NCBI GenBank assembly: GCA_016713785.1
Contig: JADJOM010000002.1
Span: 382,381-446,380, forward strand
DNA length: 64,000 nt
Origin: Gemmatimonadota bacterium
GTDB taxonomy: Bacteria; Gemmatimonadota; Gemmatimonadetes; Gemmatimonadales; GWC2-71-9
Direction: 5' to 3'
The notes beneath the pieces are model-generated. The model was not told the origin of the DNA. It saw only the letters and a list, made by a program, of their open reading frames with translations, and searched no databases. Positions 1 to 8,154 of the stretch are shown here, piece by piece. The first letter of the stretch is position 1; each line of letters opens with the position of its first letter. The position numbers and the translations under genes were made by a program.

Positions 1-147
1 GAAACCTCCGCGGACGGCCAGCTGCACGGCGCCGATGGCACCCCGGTGCCAGGGGTGTTCGCGATGGGGCCGCTCCGGATCGGCGGAGAATGGGAGTCGC
101 TGGCGATCCCGGAGCTGCGGGGGCAGGCGGCGGAGCTGGTGGGGTAG
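1..147 (+). CDS. C-terminal fragment of a CDS entering from the left edge (possibly an FAD/NAD(P)-dependent oxidoreductase tail)
   Basis: Frame 1 is open from nt 1 to TAG 145-147 with G/C-rich third positions. Peptide ends ...GVFAMGPLRIGGEWESLAIPELRGQAAELVG. Family assignment is weak. Confidence 0.4.
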   Translation, partial: ETSADGQLHGADGTPVPGVFAMGPLRIGGEWESLAIPELRGQAAELVG

Positions 148-153
148 GACGGC

Positions 154-170
154 GGGAAGCGGGAAGGGGA
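154..170 (+). repeat. Short copy of the GGGAAGC heptamer repeat family
   Basis: gggaagc gggaag ggga lies directly after the stop at 145-147. Confidence 0.6.
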
Positions 171-180
171 CACACACGAA

Positions 181-201
181 GGGCCGGCATTCAGCCGGCC
201 C
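181..201. terminator. GC hairpin between convergent genes (candidate bidirectional terminator)
   Basis: GGGCCGGC (181-188), loop ATTCA, GCCGGCCC (194-201): a perfect 8-bp stem. It lies between the + CDS ending at 147 and the - CDS ending at 242. Confidence 0.5.
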
Positions 202-244
202 CTACCGCCCTACCGCCCTACCGCCTTACCGCCCTACCGCCCTA
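202..244 (-). repeat. Octamer tandem repeat, 5 units plus a partial unit (GGCGGTAG/GGCGGTAA read on the minus strand)
   Basis: Plus strand reads CTACCGCC x5 with period 8. The partial sixth unit cta (242-244) is the TAG stop of the rhomboid gene. Confidence 0.85.
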
Positions 245-1093
245 GTTCAGATCCTTCTGCTTCCGCTTGCTCACTTCATCGAGGAAGCGGCGTTCCTCGG
301 CGGTGAGGCTCTCGATGCCGGTGGCGCTGATCTTGTCGAGCACCCGGTCCACTTCGATGGCCACGGGGTCGGAGCCGGCGCGGGGGGTGAGCGGGCGGAT
401 CGGCGCGGCGGGGCGCTCGGACTCGCGGCTGGCGGCGGTCTGCTGCACCATGACGGCGCGTTCCGGCTGTTCCCGGAAGGCGGGGACGGGGCGGTGGCGG
501 GAGAACGCCTGGATCTTGAAGAACAGCCAGCCGGCGAGCATGCCGCCCAGGTGCGCCTCGTGGGCCACGCCGGACATGGACGGGATCTGGGCCGCCACCA
601 CCTCGATCGCCGCCGCGGCCAGGACCAGGGTCCGGGCCTTGATGGGGAAGGGGATGGGGAAGACCAGCATCTCGGCCTCGGGCCACAGCATGGCGAAGGC
701 CACCGAGACGCCGAAGACCGCGCCGGAGGCGCCGATCATCGGGCCGACCGGCGTGAAGACGTTGAGGAGCAGGGAGACCAGCGCCGCCCCGACCCCGCAG
801 TAGATGTAGAAGAGGATGAATGTCCGGGACCCGAGTCGGGTTTCGACCGCGGTGCCGAGCAGGTAGAACCAGAGCATGTTCGTGGCGAGGTGCAGGAACC
901 CCGAATGCACGAACAGGTAGGTGAAGGCGCCCCAGGGCCGGGCCATGAAATGGGCCGGGTCCATCGCGAGGAGCGTGTGGATTTGACCGGATGTGAAGAT
1001 CGTTTCCAGCAGCAGCTGCACCACCGCCGTGGCCGCGATGACGCGGACCACCCACGGTGTGGGGCGAGGGAAAGTGGGGCTGCTGAAGGACAT
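242..1093 (-). CDS. Rhomboid family intramembrane serine protease with a C-terminal soluble extension
   Basis: Multi-TM core with GASGAVFG (GxSG catalytic Ser) and HLGGMLAG (catalytic His) motifs. ATG at 1091-1093 (MSFSS...) lies just downstream of the ddl stop. The track ORF extends to a TTG at 1144. Confidence 0.85.
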   Translation of the reverse strand: MSFSSPTFPRPTPWVVRVIAATAVVQLLLETIFTSGQIHTLLAMDPAHFMARPWGAFTYLFVHSGFLHLATNMLWFYLLGTAVETRLGSRTFILFYIYCGVGAALVSLLLNVFTPVGPMIGASGAVFGVSVAFAMLWPEAEMLVFPIPFPIKARTLVLAAAAIEVVAAQIPSMSGVAHEAHLGGMLAGWLFFKIQAFSRHRPVPAFREQPERAVMVQQTAASRESERPAAPIRPLTPRAGSDPVAIEVDRVLDKISATGIESLTAEERRFLDEVSKRKQKDLN

Positions 1094-1107
1094 GCGTCGC
1101 TTCCCGG

Positions 1108-2190
1108 TTACGCCTGCCGCCCGGGACGTCGGGCGGTACGGCAAATCCGATCACACAGTGCCGCAAACTCGATGCCTGCCGCCCTGGCCGACTGGGGAAG
1201 GAGGCTGGTGGCCGTCATTCCGGGCAGGGTATTGACCTCTAAACAGTAGAGGGCCCCCTCCGGAGTCAAGCGAAAATCGACCCGGGAATAGCTCCCCAGC
1301 CGGAGGGCGTCGTGGGCCAGGACGCCCAGGCGCTGGCACTCCGCCGTGACCGCGGGGGAGAGGCTGGCGGGGAAGATCTCCTCCGACATGCCCGGGGTGT
1401 ACTTGCACTCGTAGTCGAAGATCTCGTGCTGGGGGATGATCTCCCCGACGGCCAGCGCCTTCCCCTCCAGGATGCCGACGGTCAGCTCCCGTCCCGGAAT
1501 GAAGCCCTCGACCATCACCTCGTCGTCGTACTCGCTGGCGAAGAGCACCGCCGCCTCGAACTCCTCCGGCCGCTTGACCACCGTCAGGCCGACGGTGCTG
1601 CCCTGCTTACTGGGTTTAACCACGACCGGCCAGCCGAGTTCCTTCCCGGACTCGGCGACGCTCACCGGGGCCATCCGCCAGCGGGGGGTGGGGACGCCGG
1701 CGTCGCGGAAGAGGCGCTTGGAGGCGTCCTTGTCCATCGCCACGGCCGAGCCGAGGGGGCCGCTCCCGGTGTAGGGGACGCCCAGGGTCTCGAGCAGGGT
1801 CTGGATGGTGCCGTCCTCGCCCCGGCCGCCGTGGAGCACCAGGAAGACGGCGTCGGCTTCCCGGACCTCGGGGAGCGCGCCCAGCGACGTCAGGAGGAAG
1901 GTCCGCTCCCGGTCGGCGAGCTCGGTCACCGAGGGCCAAGTGGTGCCCACCCGGCCCAGGAGGTGGTCGGTCTCCCGTGATTCGGGGACGAATCCGGAGA
2001 CGGTATCCACCACGACCACGTCGTGGCCGGAGGCCCGGAGCGCGGGGACGACCTGCCGGGCCGAGGCCAGGGCGACGTCGCGCTCGGCTGAGGCGCCACC
2101 AGTGAGGACGGTGATCCGGATCGTGGGGCTCGCGGCTCGGGGTGGGTGAATCGTAAACGGGAAGCGGGAAGCGGGAAACGGCTGGATCAC
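1108..2190 (-). CDS. ddl: D-alanine--D-alanine ligase
   Basis: IRITVLTGGASAERDVALASA N-terminus plus an ATP-grasp body (VVKPSKQGSTVG, LEVNTLPGMT). The only canonical in-frame start is GTG 2188-2190, inside a repeat hairpin, so the start is uncertain. Confidence 0.9.
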   Translation of the reverse strand: MIQPFPASRFPFTIHPPRAASPTIRITVLTGGASAERDVALASARQVVPALRASGHDVVVVDTVSGFVPESRETDHLLGRVGTTWPSVTELADRERTFLLTSLGALPEVREADAVFLVLHGGRGEDGTIQTLLETLGVPYTGSGPLGSAVAMDKDASKRLFRDAGVPTPRWRMAPVSVAESGKELGWPVVVKPSKQGSTVGLTVVKRPEEFEAAVLFASEYDDEVMVEGFIPGRELTVGILEGKALAVGEIIPQHEIFDYECKYTPGMSEEIFPASLSPAVTAECQRLGVLAHDALRLGSYSRVDFRLTPEGALYCLEVNTLPGMTATSLLPQSARAAGIEFAALCDRICRTARRPGRQA

Positions 2191-2206
2191 CGCTTCCCGC
2201 TTCCCG
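2158..2206. repeat. Inverted pair of GGGAAGC heptamer arrays forming a hairpin
   Basis: cgggaagcgggaagcgg (2158-2174) pairs with ccgcttcccgcttcccg (2190-2206), a 17-bp stem with a 15-nt loop. It lies between the CBS stop (2272) and ddl. Confidence 0.8.
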
Positions 2207-2271
2207 GCAGGTGCCTGTCGCGGCCCCGGACGGGCGCGCTGTCCGCTTCCCGCGCGGCGCGGAGCGCCGCG

Positions 2272-3660
2272 CTAGCGCGTCCCGATCATCTGCTGCAGGA
2301 TGTCGTAGCGGCTCACGATGCCGATGAGCTTGCCGTCCTTCTGGATGAGGGCGGCGGGGCTTTCGCGGGTGAGCAGGGTGGCGAGGCGGTCGGTCTGGGT
2401 GAGGGCGTCGACGACGGGGAAGGGGCCGTCCATGACCTCGCGCACCGGGCGGTCGAGGAGGGCGGGCTGGGCGAGGGCGCGGGTCATGAGGGTGTTCTCG
2501 ATGAGCCCGCCGACGCACTGGCCGGCCTCGAGCACGGGGATCTGGCTCACGCCCCAGGTGCTCATGAGGTTGAGCGCCTGGCGCACCGCCGCGGCGGGGG
2601 CCACGCTCACCAGCGCGGGGCTGTTGGCGGGGCGGCGCTGCAGCAGCTGCTCCACGGTGATGCGCGGGGCGTCGAGCAGCTGGTTCTCCTGCATCCACTC
2701 GTCGTTGAAGACCTTGGAGAGGTAGCGCTCGCCGGTGTCACAGAGGATGGTGACGACCAGCGCCTGCGGGTCGTCGAGCTCGCGGGCGATCTCGAGCGCC
2801 AGCGCCACGTTGAGGCCGGCGGAGCCGCCGAGGAGCATGCCTTCCTCGCGGGCCAGGCGGCGGGCCATGACGAAGGCGTCGCGGTCGGGCACCTGGCGGA
2901 ACTCGTCGATCTGGTCGAACCAGATGGTGCTCGGGATCTTGTCGCCGCCGATGCCTTCCACCTTGTAGGGGTAGCCCTCGCCCAGGGACTTCGTCTTGCT
3001 GAAGCCGGTGTAGAGGGAGCCCTGCGGGTCGCCGGCGATGACCCGGACCTTCGGGTTCTTCTCCTTGAGATACTTGCCGGTGCCGCTCACGGTGCCGCCG
3101 GTGCCGGCGCCCGCCACGAAGTGGGTGACGCGGCCCTCGGTCTGGGTCCAGATCTCGGGGCCGGTGGTCTCGTAGTGCGCCTGCGGGTTCACCTGGTTGT
3201 AGAACTGGTTGGCCAGCACGGCGCCCGGCGTGTCATGGACGATCTGCTTGGCCTTGTTGACGTAGTTGTCGGGGTGGTCGGGCGGCACGGCGGTGGGGGT
3301 GATGACCACCTCGGCGCCGTAGGCCTTGAGCAGCCGCACCTTCTCCTGCGACATCTTGTCGGGCATGGTGAAGATGCAGCGATAGCCCTTGAGCGCCGCG
3401 GCGAGCGCGAGCCCCACGCCGGTGTTGCCGCTGGTCCCCTCGACGATGACCCCGCCGGGCCGGAGCTCCCCCCGCTGTTCCGCGTCCTCGATGATCCGGA
3501 GCCCGATCCGGTCCTTCACCGACCCGCCCGGGTTGGCGTACTCCGCCTTGCCGTACACCGGCGTCCGGAGGCCCGCGCCCACGCGGCCGAGCCGGATGAG
3601 CGGCGTCCAGCCGATGGTGGGGAGGACGGAGTCGTAGGGCTTCAGATGGGGAGGGGTCAC
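2272..3660 (-). CDS. Cystathionine beta-synthase (PLP-dependent cysteine-synthase fold plus C-terminal CBS-domain pair)
   Basis: NPGGSVKDR PLP-lysine motif and GTSGNTG loop. A roughly 130-aa C-terminal tandem CBS region follows (GIVSRYDILQQM). Confidence 0.85.
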   Translation of the reverse strand: MTPPHLKPYDSVLPTIGWTPLIRLGRVGAGLRTPVYGKAEYANPGGSVKDRIGLRIIEDAEQRGELRPGGVIVEGTSGNTGVGLALAAALKGYRCIFTMPDKMSQEKVRLLKAYGAEVVITPTAVPPDHPDNYVNKAKQIVHDTPGAVLANQFYNQVNPQAHYETTGPEIWTQTEGRVTHFVAGAGTGGTVSGTGKYLKEKNPKVRVIAGDPQGSLYTGFSKTKSLGEGYPYKVEGIGGDKIPSTIWFDQIDEFRQVPDRDAFVMARRLAREEGMLLGGSAGLNVALALEIARELDDPQALVVTILCDTGERYLSKVFNDEWMQENQLLDAPRITVEQLLQRRPANSPALVSVAPAAAVRQALNLMSTWGVSQIPVLEAGQCVGGLIENTLMTRALAQPALLDRPVREVMDGPFPVVDALTQTDRLATLLTRESPAALIQKDGKLIGIVSRYDILQQMIGTR

Positions 3661-3699
3661 GGGCCAGGGTCCGAGGTGTCGGGGAGGGGAACTTACAGC

Positions 3700-3784
3700 G
3701 GGAAACGGGAAACGGGAAACGGGAAGCGTCGGGGGAAGGGGGAACGGGGAAGGGTCGCTCAGCCCCCCTTCCCGCTTCCCGTCC
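3700..3784. repeat. GGGAAAC/GGGAAGC heptamer array with an inverted C-rich arm
   Basis: gggaaac x3 plus gggaagc (3700-3727), then degenerate G-tracts. Spacer GTCGCTCAG (3754-3762) precedes the arm ccccccttcccgcttcccgtcc (3763-3784). It lies 3' of the TonB-like gene. Confidence 0.8.
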
Positions 3785-3863
3785 GGCGCGTGACAACGTC
3801 GCCGGCCTGGAGATTTGTCCCTTTCCCGCGCGCTCCCGCCGCGTGCAACGCGGCGGGAGCGCG

Positions 3864-4340
3864 CTAGGGCGTCATCCCCCCGGCCTCGGGGTGGCGGAAG
3901 TGGACCGGCTGCAGGAAGAGCGCGCCGACGGGGGTGCCGTTCTGCAGGGCGGGGGCAAAGCGGAACGACGGCACCGCGGCGAGCGCGGCGGAGTCGAGCG
4001 CGGGGTACCCGGATGACTCCGCCAGGCGGGTGGAGTCGGGCGTGAGCTTGCCGGTCTCGTCCACGAAGAGCCGGAGCACCACCTTGCCCTCGATGCCGCG
4101 GCCGTAGAGGGTGGCGGGGTATTCCACCGGCGAGGTGGGGTTGATCACCACCGGCGGGTCGTCGCCGCGGCGGGCGGTGGATTGGTCGGGGAGGGCCACG
4201 GTATTGCCGTCGCCGCGGGCGCAGCCGAGGATTGCGAGGAGGGGTAGAATGGGAAGGCGCGCACGGCCGTGCGCGCCAACGACGACCGGCGGGCCAACGA
4301 CGATCGCGCCAACGGTTATCCCGGGCGCGCCGACGGTCAT
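3864..4340 (-). CDS. TonB C-terminal domain protein (energy transducer TonB-like, lipoprotein-type signal)
   Basis: 158 aa. LPILPLLAILGC lipobox-like signal, then PVEYPATLYGRGIEGKVVLRLFVDETGK...FRFAPA, typical of a TonB_C fold. ATG at 4338-4340 overlaps the upstream stop (ATGA). Confidence 0.7.
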   Translation of the reverse strand: MTVGAPGITVGAIVVGPPVVVGAHGRARLPILPLLAILGCARGDGNTVALPDQSTARRGDDPPVVINPTSPVEYPATLYGRGIEGKVVLRLFVDETGKLTPDSTRLAESSGYPALDSAALAAVPSFRFAPALQNGTPVGALFLQPVHFRHPEAGGMTP

Positions 4341-4663
4341 CGGCCGAGGCGTCCCACGTCGAAGAGCAGCAGGGCCGCGACGCCCAGCGCGGTGATCAGC
4401 AGCCATACCAGGAACCCTTTCGCCATCCGCACGAGGAACATCGTCACCGCCGCCACGCCGAAGGCGATGGCCGCGTGGGTGCCCGCGGTGCCGGGGGGGC
4501 TGCCCTGGCCCAGCGAGACGCCCGCCGCCATGCCGCCGAACACCGCCGCGAAGAGCAGGACCTTCCCGATCTTGATCACCAGCATCACCAGCAGCACCAG
4601 CACCACCGCGACGATCATGGTGGGGACGTTGACGCCGGCGAGGAAGCGGTCGAGGAGATCCAT
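4337..4663 (-). CDS. Small hypothetical membrane protein (3-4 TM)
   Basis: 108-aa hydrophobic ORF with GC3-rich codons. It is translationally coupled to the TonB-like gene and lies 33 nt downstream of mutS. Confidence 0.6.
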   Translation of the reverse strand: MDLLDRFLAGVNVPTMIVAVVLVLLVMLVIKIGKVLLFAAVFGGMAAGVSLGQGSPPGTAGTHAAIAFGVAAVTMFLVRMAKGFLVWLLITALGVAALLLFDVGRLGR

Positions 4664-4696
4664 GGCGGTAAGGTGGCAGGGCGGTAGCCTCCCGTC

Positions 4697-7273
4697 CTAC
4701 CCCTCCGAGCGCCGCTTGAGGTCCGCGAGGAGGTTGAGGGCCTCGAGCGGGGTCATCCGTTCCACGTCCGTGCCCTTGAGCTGCTCCACGACCGGGTGGG
4801 GCCGGGCCTCGCCGAAGAGGGCGAGCTGGCCGGGATCGCTGACCGGGGGCTCGCCGGGCACCACGCGGTGGTCGCCCTCGAGGGTGCGCAGCACCTCGCG
4901 GGCGCGGCGCACCACCTGGCCCGGCAGGCCGGCCAGCTGGGCCACGTGGATGCCGTAGCTGCGGTCGGTGCCGCCGGCCTCGAGGCGGTGCAGGAAGATC
5001 ACCTGGTCGCCCGCCTCGCGGACGGCCACGTTGAGGTTGCGGGCGTGGGCCAGCTCCTCGGGGAGCTGCATCAGCTCGTGGTAGTGGGTGGCGAACATGG
5101 TGCGGCAGCCGGTGACGTCGTGCAGGTGCTCGCTCACCGCCCAGGCGATGGCCACGCCATCGTAGGTCGAGGTGCCGCGGCCGATCTCGTCGAGCAGCAC
5201 CAGGCTCCGCTTGGTGGCGTTGTGCAGGATGGCGCTGGTCTCGCTCATCTCCACCATGAAGGTCGACTGCCCGCGGGCCAGGTTGTCGCTGGCGCCCACG
5301 CGGGTGAACAGCCGGTCCACCACGCCGATCTCCGCCGCCTCCGCCGGGACGTAGCTCCCCAGCTGGGCCAGGATCACGCACAGCCCGATCTGGCGCAGGA
5401 TGGTGCTCTTGCCGGCCATGTTGGGCCCGGTGACCAGCAGCAGCCGCTCGGCGGGATCGAAGCGGACGTCGTTGGGGATGAAGGTCTCGCGCGGCATGAG
5501 CCGCTCGATGACCGGGTGGCGGGCCTGGCGCAGGGTGAGCGAGAGGCCGTCGTGCACCGCGGGGCGGACGTAGCGGTGCTGCACCGCGGTGTCGGCCAGG
5601 GAGGCCCAGACGTCGAGCCGCGCCAGCGCGCCGGCGGTGCGCTGCACCCGCGCGGTGGCCTGGCCCACCTGCTCGCGCAGCCGGCCGAAGATCGCGGCCT
5701 CGCGCTGGCCGATCTTCTCCTCCGCGCCGAGGACCTTGGCCTCGTAGCTCTTGAGCTCGGGGGTGACGTAGCGCTCGGCGCCGGCCAGGGTCTGCCGCCG
5801 CTCGTAGTCGGCGGGGACCTTGTCGGCGTGGGCGTTGGTGATCTCCAGGTAGTACCCGAAGACCTTGTTGAAGCCCACCTTGAGCGACGGGATGCCGGTG
5901 CGGTCGCGCTCGCGCTGCTGCAGGGTGGCGATGTACTGCTTGCCGCCGTCGCGGAGGTCGCGCAGCTCGTCGAGCTCGGTGTCGTAGCCGGGGCGGATCA
6001 CGTCGCCGTCGGCGAGGACGGCGGGGGGCCGCTCGGTGAGGCCGGCGGCGAGCTCCTGGCCCAGGTCGGCGAGGAGGTCGAAGTCGTCGAGCACGGCGCC
6101 GAGGGCGGTGCTCCGGTCGCGGTCGGCGAGGCCGGTGAGCGCCTCGAGCACGTCGGGGAGGCGGAGGAAGCTGTCGCGCAGGGCGCCGAGCTCGCGCGGG
6201 GTGGCGCGGCCGGCGGCGGCGCGGCCGGCCAGGCGCTCCAGGTCGCGGACGCCCTGCAGCGCCTCGCGGATGCGGCCCCGGCCGCGGCCGTCGGTCACCA
6301 GCACCTGCACCGCGTCGAGCCGCTGGTCGATGGCGGCGGGGTCGCGGAGCGGCGAGAGCACCATGCGGCGGAGCAGCCGGGCGCCCATCGGCGTCATGGT
6401 GGTGTCGAGCACCTCGAGCAGGGTGGTGTTGCGGGCGCCGGCGCGCAGCGGCTCCACCAGCTCCAGGTTGCGGCGGGTCATCTCGTCGACCCAGAGGTGC
6501 ACCTGGGAGCGGCGCACCTCGGGGCGGTGCAGGTGGGGCAGGCCGGCGGGCTGCAGCTCGTGCACGTAGCGGAGCAGCGCGCCGGCGGCGCCCACCGCCG
6601 CGGCATCGTCGGGGCCCAGGCCCAGCCCGTCGAGGCTGGCCAGGCCGAAGCGGCGCGCCAGCTCGGTGCGGGCCAGCTCGGGGTCGAACTCCCACTTCTC
6701 GCGGGTGGTGCGGAGCACGCCGTCCTCGAGCCGGAGCGCGGTGTCGCCGCCCACCACCACCTCCGCGGGCGCCATCCGCGCCACCGCCTCCTCGAGCCCG
6801 CCCTCGACGAGGGTCTCCAGGATGAACTCGCCGGTGGAGAGGTCGATGGCGGCGAGGCCGGAGGACGGCTCAGTGGCCGCGACGGCGAGGAGGAAGTTGT
6901 TGCGCACGCCCGGCAGGCAGTTCTCGTCGAGGACGGCGCCGGGGGTGATGGTCTCGATGACTTCGCGGCGGACGATGCCCTTGGCGAGCTTGGGATCCTC
7001 CACCTGCTCGCAGATGGCCACCCGGAAGCCGGCGGCGATGAACTGGCGCAGGTAGTCGGCGGCGGCCTTCACCGGCACGCCGGCGAGGGGCACGCCGTCG
7101 CCGCGGGCGGTGAGGGTGATGTTGAGCACCCGCGCCGCCACCTCGGCGTCGTCGAAGAACATCTCGTAGAAGTCGCCCATGCGGAAGAAGAGGATCGCGT
7201 CCCGGTGGCGGGACTTGATCTCCCGGTACTGCTGCATGAGCGGGGTGCCGCTGGCGTCGGCCGCCTTGCTCAC
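4697..7273 (-). CDS. mutS: DNA mismatch repair protein MutS
   Basis: 858 aa. N-terminal TPLMQQYREIKSRHRDAILFFRMGDFYEMFFDDA and Walker A GPNMAGKST. GTG start overlaps the upstream stop. Confidence 0.97.
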   Translation of the reverse strand: MSKAADASGTPLMQQYREIKSRHRDAILFFRMGDFYEMFFDDAEVAARVLNITLTARGDGVPLAGVPVKAAADYLRQFIAAGFRVAICEQVEDPKLAKGIVRREVIETITPGAVLDENCLPGVRNNFLLAVAATEPSSGLAAIDLSTGEFILETLVEGGLEEAVARMAPAEVVVGGDTALRLEDGVLRTTREKWEFDPELARTELARRFGLASLDGLGLGPDDAAAVGAAGALLRYVHELQPAGLPHLHRPEVRRSQVHLWVDEMTRRNLELVEPLRAGARNTTLLEVLDTTMTPMGARLLRRMVLSPLRDPAAIDQRLDAVQVLVTDGRGRGRIREALQGVRDLERLAGRAAAGRATPRELGALRDSFLRLPDVLEALTGLADRDRSTALGAVLDDFDLLADLGQELAAGLTERPPAVLADGDVIRPGYDTELDELRDLRDGGKQYIATLQQRERDRTGIPSLKVGFNKVFGYYLEITNAHADKVPADYERRQTLAGAERYVTPELKSYEAKVLGAEEKIGQREAAIFGRLREQVGQATARVQRTAGALARLDVWASLADTAVQHRYVRPAVHDGLSLTLRQARHPVIERLMPRETFIPNDVRFDPAERLLLVTGPNMAGKSTILRQIGLCVILAQLGSYVPAEAAEIGVVDRLFTRVGASDNLARGQSTFMVEMSETSAILHNATKRSLVLLDEIGRGTSTYDGVAIAWAVSEHLHDVTGCRTMFATHYHELMQLPEELAHARNLNVAVREAGDQVIFLHRLEAGGTDRSYGIHVAQLAGLPGQVVRRAREVLRTLEGDHRVVPGEPPVSDPGQLALFGEARPHPVVEQLKGTDVERMTPLEALNLLADLKRRSEG

Positions 7274-8154
7274 GGCTCCGGCACCACGAAGGGCGAGTGG
7301 CGGAGCTTGCGGCGGATCTGCTCCGCGGCGGCGGTGGCGGCGGCGCGATCGGCGTAGGGGCCGGCGCGCACCTTGAAGAGCGCGCCTTCCTTCACGGTGT
7401 AGGCCTGGAAGCCGGCGTTGCGCAGGTCGCCCATGATCTTGTCGGCGCCGGCCTGGGTGTTCACCGCGGCCACCTGCACCCCGAAGCCGGTGCGGGCCGG
7501 GGTGGCGGGGGGCGCGGGGGTGGCGGCGGTATCCGGGGCGGGGCGCGCGGTATCGGTCGGCTGGGGAGTGGTGCAGCGGCCATTGAGGAACTCGAGCCGG
7601 TTGCGCAGCTCCACGTCGTCGGCGGCGCGCTCCATCCCGATGGCCAGCCAGGCGCAGGCCTCGTCACGCTTCTTCTGGTCGAAGAAGGCGCGCGCGGCCC
7701 ACTCGGCCGCCATGCCGAGGGCGGGGGAGTCGGGGTAGTCGTTGCGGATGCGCTCGAGCTGCCGGGTGGCGCCGGGGAGGTTGCCGGCGGCGTAGTCGAG
7801 CAGCGCCAGGCGGTAGATGGCGTCGTCGGCCCAGTCGCTGGTGGCGTACTCCACCGACACCCGGGTGTAGGTGCGGCGCATCTCGTCGATGCTCCGGCTC
7901 ACCAGCCCCATGGTGTAGAGCACCTGGGGATAGAGGGTGTCGGTGGGCGGGGTGACGCGGAGCAGGTTGGTGACCAGCACCCGGGCGGAGTCGCTGCCTC
8001 CCTCCTGCGCAATGCGGAGCGCGTCGACGAGCCGGGGGTCGGACTGGCCCGCCGCGGCCGCGGGGAGGTGGAGCGCGAGGGCGAGGAGTGCTGTCGCGGC
8101 GGTACGGCGGGAGGGCGGGACGGCGGTCGCGGTGCCCAGCCAGTTCCAGGTCAT
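7270..8154 (-). CDS. Secreted TPR-like (YbgF-like) protein with a C-terminal SPOR peptidoglycan-binding domain
   Basis: Start at M73 of the track ORF (MTWNWLGTA..., signal peptide). Pro-rich linker, then FGVQVAAVNTQAGADKIMGDLRNAGFQAYTV...RAGPY SPOR-type sequence. ATGA overlap with the holA stop. Confidence 0.75.
   Translation of the reverse strand: MTWNWLGTATAVPPSRRTAATALLALALHLPAAAAGQSDPRLVDALRIAQEGGSDSARVLVTNLLRVTPPTDTLYPQVLYTMGLVSRSIDEMRRTYTRVSVEYATSDWADDAIYRLALLDYAAGNLPGATRQLERIRNDYPDSPALGMAAEWAARAFFDQKKRDEACAWLAIGMERAADDVELRNRLEFLNGRCTTPQPTDTARPAPDTAATPAPPATPARTGFGVQVAAVNTQAGADKIMGDLRNAGFQAYTVKEGALFKVRAGPYADRAAATAAAEQIRRKLRHSPFVVPEP

Noticed and set aside
3864-6695. 943-aa minus-strand ORF, and many other very long ORFs overlapping real genes (for example 4796-7357, 15047-17941, 22152-25406, 33463-36906, 55872-58253, 35-1249)
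   Set aside because: Their translations are Arg/Pro/Gly/Ala low-complexity sequence typical of out-of-frame or antisense reading of GC-rich DNA. They overlap genes with clear family signatures (mutS, histidine kinases, flotillin, RND pump). Only the last 158 codons of the 3864-6695 ORF, the TonB_C-like part, look genuine.
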